DNA from: an uncultured Thermoplasmatales archaeon
GTDB taxonomy: Archaea; Thermoplasmatota; E2; UBA202; DSCA01
Reading direction: 5' to 3'
Length of the DNA: 64,000 nucleotides
Assembly: GCA_964414415.1 (NCBI GenBank)
Contig: CAYPWJ010000005.1
Location: forward strand, 11,772 to 75,771
Positions 59,232 to 64,000 of the stretch are shown here, in pieces. Each line of letters starts with the position of its first letter. Positions within the stretch are counted from its first letter, which is position 1. The notes below the pieces were generated by a model. The model saw nothing but the letters and a program-made list of their open reading frames with translations. It did not search any database and was not told where the DNA came from. The translations under genes and the position numbers were made by a program.

Positions 59232-60197
59232 ATGCTGAAAGAGCTCCGGGAGAAAGGATACTTTTTTGACGGTGAATGGATCCGCACGTTTGGGCGGGCG
59301 CTGCCGTCGCTCATCGCCATCGCGCTCCGGCATCCGCTGCTCGTCGTCCATGCAAATCGTGCCTGCCCCAAGGGACCGGAGAACCTGCAGCCGGATGAGC
59401 TGCCCTACGAGATTCCCTCGTATGATGCAGCGATGGAGTGCGGCGTCACGGGCGAGCGGTACCTCCGGCCGACGTATCTGTGCGATCCCTGCAGCGAGGA
59501 CATCGTCGCGATGGCGCACGAGCTCGGTGCCTTCGAGATGGACGACTGGAGCTACGCCGAGCGGGTGTTCCAGTTCGTCAACCGGAACATACGGGTGGAT
59601 TTTTCGCCTATCAAATCTGCGACCGAGACGCTCCAAAAGGGGCACGGCACCTGCATCGACAAGATGTCGCTGTTCATCGCGCTGTGCAGAGCTGCAGGGA
59701 TACCGGGTCGCTACAGGCTGTACAGCCCCACCGGCGTGCAGGCGCTCTACGACATCTATTTCTCCGCGGATCCCCTGGTACAGCGGTGGTTCGACGCCCT
59801 CGGTTTCTTCATCCTGCACGGCAGCGCGGAGGTGTACGTCAACGATGAATGGGTCATCAGCGATGTCTCCGCTGATTTCTATCACACCATAGCGGCCAGG
59901 ATTCCAGTGCCGCATTTCGGTGAGGACCCGGCTGACACATGGATAAAGCCGGCTCGGGGCGTCATGCAGAAGGAGGGGCTCCCGCTTGGATTGAAAGCTA
60001 TCGGCAGCCTGCCGTTCGTGCTGTTCGGCGGCACCGGCCGCGCTGTCAACGCCAGCGTCAAGGCCAACCTGGAGGAGGGGAAACGGCTGCTTGAAGACAC
60101 CACGCTGGAGGAGTACGACCGGGAGATCCGGCGGGACTACGAGCCGAAATGGATCGAGTCGGCGCAGAAGGCCACCAGGGTTCTGGATGAACTGTAG
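59232..60197 (+). CDS. transglutaminase-like cysteine protease-fold protein
   Basis: Core motif QKGHGTCIDKMSLFIALCRAAGIPGRY (Cys nucleophile in G-x-C, then LF-AL-RA-GIP-R), with a His/Asp-bearing region downstream (ILHGSAEVYVNDEWVISD). It starts 1 nt after the adenylating-enzyme stop. Confidence 0.7.
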   Translation: MLKELREKGYFFDGEWIRTFGRALPSLIAIALRHPLLVVHANRACPKGPENLQPDELPYEIPSYDAAMECGVTGERYLRPTYLCDPCSEDIVAMAHELGAFEMDDWSYAERVFQFVNRNIRVDFSPIKSATETLQKGHGTCIDKMSLFIALCRAAGIPGRYRLYSPTGVQALYDIYFSADPLVQRWFDALGFFILHGSAEVYVNDEWVISDVSADFYHTIAARIPVPHFGEDPADTWIKPARGVMQKEGLPLGLKAIGSLPFVLFGGTGRAVNASVKANLEEGKRLLEDTTLEEYDREIRRDYEPKWIESAQKATRVLDEL

Positions 60198-60250
60198 CGA
60201 TGCAGCGGCCGAAAGAGAAAAAACATTAAGCCCCGACGGCTTTACTATCG

Positions 60251-61129
60251 ATGAAACGTGCTCACGTGGCGCTCTTCATAGCCATCGTGTCGGTGTCCTT
60301 TGCAGCGGTGTTGATCGTGTCCACCGATGCGAGGCCGCTCGTCATCGCGTTTTATCGGATGCTGTTTACCACGCTGCTGCTCACCCCGTTTTTTGTCCTG
60401 CCGCGCTACCGCCGGGAGCTGACAGGGCTCATTCGCCGTGACCTGCTCGTGCTGGGCGGCATCGGTGTGGTGCTGGCCGCGCATTTCGCCTTCTGGATTA
60501 CCTCGCTGGACTTCACCTCCGTCGCCAGTTCCGTCATCCTCGTCACGGCGCATCCCGTCCTGGTGGCGCCGCTTGCCTATCATTTTTTCCGGGAGCAGGT
60601 ATCCCAGGTCAACGTGGCGGGGATAGCGCTTTCGCTGCTCGGCGTCGTGGTGCTGGTCGGCGGCAACTACAGCCTGGAGCCAGGGACGCTGCACGGCAAC
60701 CTGCTGGCCATGCTCGGCGGGGCGGCAGCCGGCATCTACATCTTGGGCGGCCGGCAGATGCGACACACGCTGTCAACACCGGTCTACGCCATGGTGGTGT
60801 ACGGCGTGGCTACCGTTACGCTGGCCGGCATCGTCCTGCTGGCCGGGGTGCAGCTCACCGGTCTCGGGCTTCGTGCCTACGGCCTCATCCTGCTGATGGC
60901 GCTCATCCCCGGTATTTTTGGCCACACGCTGTACAACTGGTCGCTGAAATATGTCCGCGCATCGGTTGCGTCGGTGTCGCTGCTCGGGGAGCCGCTGGGA
61001 TCCACGCTGCTGGCGTTCCTCCTGCCCTGGATCCATCAGATGCCCTCCTGGTTCACGGTTGCGGGCGGCGGATGCATCCTGCTCGGCATCTACCTGGCGT
61101 CGCGGGCAGCCGAGCCAGAGCCTTTATAA
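60251..61129 (+). CDS. EamA/DMT-superfamily transporter (10 TM)
   Basis: Two EamA repeats, about 10 helices. ITSLDFTSVASSVILVTAHPVL is typical of the family. Confidence 0.8.
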   Translation: MKRAHVALFIAIVSVSFAAVLIVSTDARPLVIAFYRMLFTTLLLTPFFVLPRYRRELTGLIRRDLLVLGGIGVVLAAHFAFWITSLDFTSVASSVILVTAHPVLVAPLAYHFFREQVSQVNVAGIALSLLGVVVLVGGNYSLEPGTLHGNLLAMLGGAAAGIYILGGRQMRHTLSTPVYAMVVYGVATVTLAGIVLLAGVQLTGLGLRAYGLILLMALIPGIFGHTLYNWSLKYVRASVASVSLLGEPLGSTLLAFLLPWIHQMPSWFTVAGGGCILLGIYLASRAAEPEPL

Positions 61130-61154
61130 ATCACCTGTGCCTTACGAAAAAATA

Positions 61155-62090
61155 ATGCGCGTGGGTATTACCGGCGCGGCTGGATATTTCGGCAGAAATA
61201 TTATCGCCCGCCTGGAAGAAAACGACGACGTCGAACACGTGCTGGGCGTCTCACGGCGGCCGTGGCGGCACGACTACCAGAAACTGACGTATCGCCGCCT
61301 CGACGTCCGAAGCGACGCGTTGCCGGGGCTGTTCGCCTCGCACGCCGTCGACACAGTGATACATCTCGCGTTCCTGCTGAATCCCATCCACGACGAGCAG
61401 GAGATGCACGACGTCAACGTCAACGGGACGAAAAACGTGCTCGCGGCGGCGTCGGAGGCAGATGTCAAAAAGCTCGTCATGAGCAGCAGCACCACGGTGT
61501 ACGGCGCTCAGCCTGACAACCCGTCCCGGCTGACAGAGAAGGCACCGCAGCGGGGACGCGACAGCCGTTACTATTATCCACGGGACAAAGCCCGGCTGGA
61601 GGAACACTGCGAGGAATGGAAACAGGCGCACCCCGGCGTCATCGTGACGGTGCTCCGTCCCTGCCTGGTCATGGGGCCAACGGTGGACCAGTTTTACTCC
61701 CGGCTGCTCAACTGGCGGATGCTCCCCCTGGTCAGCGGCGCCAACCCCGAAATGCAGTTCGTGCATGAAGACGACGTCGCCCGCGCCTTCGAGCATTTCA
61801 CCGTGGAAGACGTCGGCGGCGTGTTCAACATCGTCGGCGATGGCACGATGCACTGGCGGGACATCATCGAAATGGCAGGTGTCCGCCCGGTCAGCATCCC
61901 GCGGGCCATCCTGTCACCCGTTATGTCGCTGGCATGGCGGCTCCACCTGACAGAGATACCGCCCGGCATCCTCGACTTCATCCAGTATCCCTGGGTAGCC
62001 GCAGGCGACAAGGCAAAAAAAGCCGGCTTTACACCGCAGTACAGTACCAGGGAAACGCTGTCCGCCTTCCTTGAAGCGACGAAAAACTAA
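61155..62090 (+). CDS. NAD-dependent epimerase/dehydratase family protein
   Basis: Rossmann motif VGITGAAGYFGRNII, then SSSTTVYG and the YYYPRDK (YxxxK) catalytic pair. The internal Met at 61155 was chosen over the 60951 ORF start, which overlaps the EamA gene. Confidence 0.8.
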   Translation: MRVGITGAAGYFGRNIIARLEENDDVEHVLGVSRRPWRHDYQKLTYRRLDVRSDALPGLFASHAVDTVIHLAFLLNPIHDEQEMHDVNVNGTKNVLAAASEADVKKLVMSSSTTVYGAQPDNPSRLTEKAPQRGRDSRYYYPRDKARLEEHCEEWKQAHPGVIVTVLRPCLVMGPTVDQFYSRLLNWRMLPLVSGANPEMQFVHEDDVARAFEHFTVEDVGGVFNIVGDGTMHWRDIIEMAGVRPVSIPRAILSPVMSLAWRLHLTEIPPGILDFIQYPWVAAGDKAKKAGFTPQYSTRETLSAFLEATKN

Positions 62091-62129
62091 GAAAAACTTT
62101 TAGTATCCAAAACCCTTACATGTCCCGAT

Positions 62130-62202
62130 GGGCCCGTAGGGTAGTTTGGCATCCTTCTACCATGGGGCGGTAGTAACTCGAGTTCAAATCTCGACGGGCC
62201 CA
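62130..62202 (+). tRNA. tRNA-Pro(GGG): tRNA-Pro (anticodon GGG), CCA not encoded
   Basis: Hand-folded cloverleaf. Acceptor stem GGGCCCG/CGGGCCC, D-stem GGGT/ATCC with a 9-nt D-loop, anticodon stem CTACC/GGTAG with loop A-T-GGG-G-C, 4-nt variable loop, T-stem TCGAG/CTCGA with T-loop TTCAAAT, discriminator A. Confidence 0.85.
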
Positions 62203-62203
62203 C

Positions 62204-62377
62204 TCACTCTTTCGGCATCAGGTACGGAATGCCTTCCTTGATCTCGTAGTCCACGCTGCACGCATCGCAGCGAAGCGTCCCGCTCCATATCTCGCTGTCC
62301 CGCCTAACGGCATCGCGCAGCGAAAGCTCGCCGTGACACGTGGGACAGCGCAACAGCTCGAGGTATTCCTCCTGCAT
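62204..62377 (-). CDS. Trm112-like zinc-ribbon protein (UPF0434/DUF343)
   Basis: 57-aa MQEEYLELLRCPTCHGELSLRDAVRRDSEIWSGTLRCDACSVDYEIKEGIPYLMPKE, showing the Trm112 pattern with two CxxC pairs and the C-terminal GIP-LMP motif. It is below the 60-aa cutoff and convergent with the tRNA, 2 nt apart. Confidence 0.7.
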   Translation of the reverse strand: MQEEYLELLRCPTCHGELSLRDAVRRDSEIWSGTLRCDACSVDYEIKEGIPYLMPKE

Positions 62378-62421
62378 CACATCCGTATAAACACATTAAA
62401 ATAAAAAGGTGTTTATCGGCC

Positions 62422-63204
62422 ATGCGTCTCGCGCTCCGTGTTGCCTACGACGGCACCTGTTTTTATGGGTCAGCGCGGCAGCCGGACGTGCCGACGGTCG
62501 AGGGCACGATATTGGAGCGACTCATGGAGATGGATGCCGTCGAGGGTGCCGACGAGGCGCGCTTCCAGGCTGCGTCGCGGACCGACGCCGGGGTCAGTGC
62601 AGCCGGCAACGTCGTCGCCTTTGACACGGGGATGCCGCCTCGCTCAGTCGTGAACGCCCTCGCTTATGGCCTTGCCTGCATCTGGCCGCTGTACTACGCC
62701 GCCGTCGACGATGATTTCAAGCCGCGGCATACCCTGCGGAAGACCTATCGCTACTATCTCTACAACGAGGGATACGACCGTGAGGCCATGGATGCGGCAG
62801 CGCGCTGTTTCGAGGGCAGCCATGATTTTTCTGCCTTTGCAAGGCTGGACGGGCGGTCGCCTGTCCGGGAGATACACCGTGTCGACGTCACGGGTGACGA
62901 CATCCTGGCCATCGACGTGGTCGGCAGGAGTTTCCTCTGGCAGCAGGTACGGCGGATGGTCGCTGCGTTGCAGCAGGTCGGACGCGGTGAGCTGCCGGCC
63001 GGAGTGATAGGCGAGGTACTGCAGCACCCGGCCGGACGGGACTTTGGTCTCGCGGCGCCGGAGCGGCTGCTGCTCCTCGACATCGAGTACGGCAGGCCGC
63101 TTGCCTGGATGAATGCCCCTGGCCGGGAGCGGCTGGTGGAGCAACTGCACGCCGTGCAGGTGAGAGGTCGCATGTATGGAGACATCGTACAGTCATCGAA
63201 ATAA
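62422..63204 (+). CDS. truA: tRNA pseudouridine(38-40) synthase TruA/Pus10-type (TruA family)
   Basis: RVAYDGTCFYGSARQ... and the catalytic-Asp motif SRTDAGVSAAGNVVAFD. Confidence 0.9.
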   Translation: MRLALRVAYDGTCFYGSARQPDVPTVEGTILERLMEMDAVEGADEARFQAASRTDAGVSAAGNVVAFDTGMPPRSVVNALAYGLACIWPLYYAAVDDDFKPRHTLRKTYRYYLYNEGYDREAMDAAARCFEGSHDFSAFARLDGRSPVREIHRVDVTGDDILAIDVVGRSFLWQQVRRMVAALQQVGRGELPAGVIGEVLQHPAGRDFGLAAPERLLLLDIEYGRPLAWMNAPGRERLVEQLHAVQVRGRMYGDIVQSSK

Positions 63205-63245
63205 ATAAATAGCGTGTTTCCATTAGCTACGTAGGTGATTGGAGT

Positions 63246-63956
63246 ATGAAGTCACAAAAACTAAAGCTGAGTCTCGTAGTCGGCGTCGCTGCGCTACTGG
63301 TGTGTCTCCCGTTGGTGAACCCCGCCGTTGAGGCGTCGTCCTCGGGTGGAGAACGAGAGGTAACCGTCAACTGTTCCGTGGTGAACGACAACACGAAGGC
63401 TGCATCCGCCAAGAAGACCATCTCGCTGAGTGAGGCACAGAAACTGTCGAGTGAATGGGAGCGAGCAGCGGATGCCTTTGAAACGCTCTACAACGCTGAC
63501 GATGAGACCGATGCGGCAGACAAAGAGGAAGCGCAACGCATCATCGAGAACGTCGTCAATATGATGCAGCGGCTTGATATTCTCCCGGGTACAACTCTGA
63601 CAAAGAAACTGCTGCGGAAGCTCCTGATGCCCTCGCACACCATGGACTTCCTTGGTCCCGTGGTCAGCGTCGGCAAGGGACGGACCTGGATACCGATGTA
63701 CCCCGGCGAAGCGTTCATCGGCATGATGCTTCGGCCGATCTTTGTGCTGTACCCCATGATGGGATACACGGCGTCACTGAACGCGAATCTGCCGCCGCCA
63801 CGCCTCAACTACTGGGATCTCGTCGGACCGCAGGTATTCATGAGCTGGGGCTTCACGGGCATCTTCATCAACTTCGCCAAGATCGGGGTCGGCGTGCCCA
63901 ACACCAACTTCATGCTGGGCTACTCGGTAGCAACGGCGGGCATAAGCCTGCTGTAA
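63246..63956 (+). CDS. secreted protein with signal peptide, hypothetical
   Basis: MKSQKLKLSLVVGVAALLVCLPLVNPAVEA... followed by a hydrophobic C-terminal half. No family recognised. Confidence 0.45.
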   Translation: MKSQKLKLSLVVGVAALLVCLPLVNPAVEASSSGGEREVTVNCSVVNDNTKAASAKKTISLSEAQKLSSEWERAADAFETLYNADDETDAADKEEAQRIIENVVNMMQRLDILPGTTLTKKLLRKLLMPSHTMDFLGPVVSVGKGRTWIPMYPGEAFIGMMLRPIFVLYPMMGYTASLNANLPPPRLNYWDLVGPQVFMSWGFTGIFINFAKIGVGVPNTNFMLGYSVATAGISLL

Positions 63957-64000
63957 CCCCCTCTCTTTTTCCCTTTTCTTTCTGTTTTTTTGTTCAATGT
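63957..64000 (+). terminator. polypyrimidine/oligo-T tract after secreted-protein gene (terminator-like)
   Basis: CCCTCTCTTTTTCCCTTTTCTTTCTGTTTTTTTGTTC, which shares the core motif with the 12882-12960 tract. Confidence 0.45.

Overview
This 64 kb window is GC-rich, densely coding DNA that looks archaeal and most like a methanogen of the Methanomicrobia. That placement is an inference from the gene content: class I lysyl-tRNA synthetase, class I HMG-CoA reductase, CDC48, pyruvoyl-dependent arginine decarboxylase, a PGF-CTERM surface protein, strong GGAGGTGA-type ribosome-binding sites and many PAS-domain histidine kinases. I can support about 58 protein-coding genes, one tRNA-Pro(GGG) and several regulatory or structural DNA elements.

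The main blocks, from start to end:
- 1-2.9 kb: secreted and PGF-CTERM surface proteins, then a gene that appears disrupted by an in-frame TAG and a frameshift.
- 2.9-8.9 kb: transporters (a LeuT-fold/Nramp-like permease and MscS), a SAM-dependent methyltransferase, a lower-GC patch carrying an atypical kinase-like gene coupled to a membrane protein, and an epimerase.
- 8.9-14.8 kb: an oxidative-stress and iron operon (Fur/PerR, rubredoxin, flavodiiron protein, superoxide reductase, a Dps-like protein, peroxiredoxin, ferritin), followed by a LEA_2 membrane protein.
- 14.8-24.3 kb: CDC48, aldehyde dehydrogenase, an M20 peptidase, a rhodanese plus a metallo-beta-lactamase/rhodanese fusion, and DJ-1/PfpI.
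- 24.5-36.8 kb: a supercluster of seven signalling genes, including a 1552-aa receiver-GAF-multiPAS protein that ends in an H-box but has no ATPase domain, and a receiver-PAS-HTH regulator.
- 36.8-39.6 kb: a secreted papain-like protease next to a secreted lipase-like alpha/beta hydrolase.
- 39.7-46.5 kb: an Lhr-like helicase, PdaD, and a GlcD/GlcF-like oxidase pair.
- 46.5-50.0 kb: a conspicuously AT-rich two-gene island inserted between glcD-like and lysS. It encodes a DNA N6/N4-methyltransferase translationally coupled to a 756-aa protein with a bona fide GHKL (Bergerat-fold) ATPase domain. I consider this the best candidate for a poorly described restriction/defence-like system in the window.
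- 50.1-64 kb: LysRS, HMG-CoA reductase, two tandem secreted beta-helix paralogs with a shared C-terminal motif, a PaaK/LuxE-like adenylating enzyme coupled to a transglutaminase-like protein, EamA, an epimerase, tRNA-Pro, Trm112, TruA and a secreted protein.

No CRISPR array, rRNA or recognisable transposase was seen.
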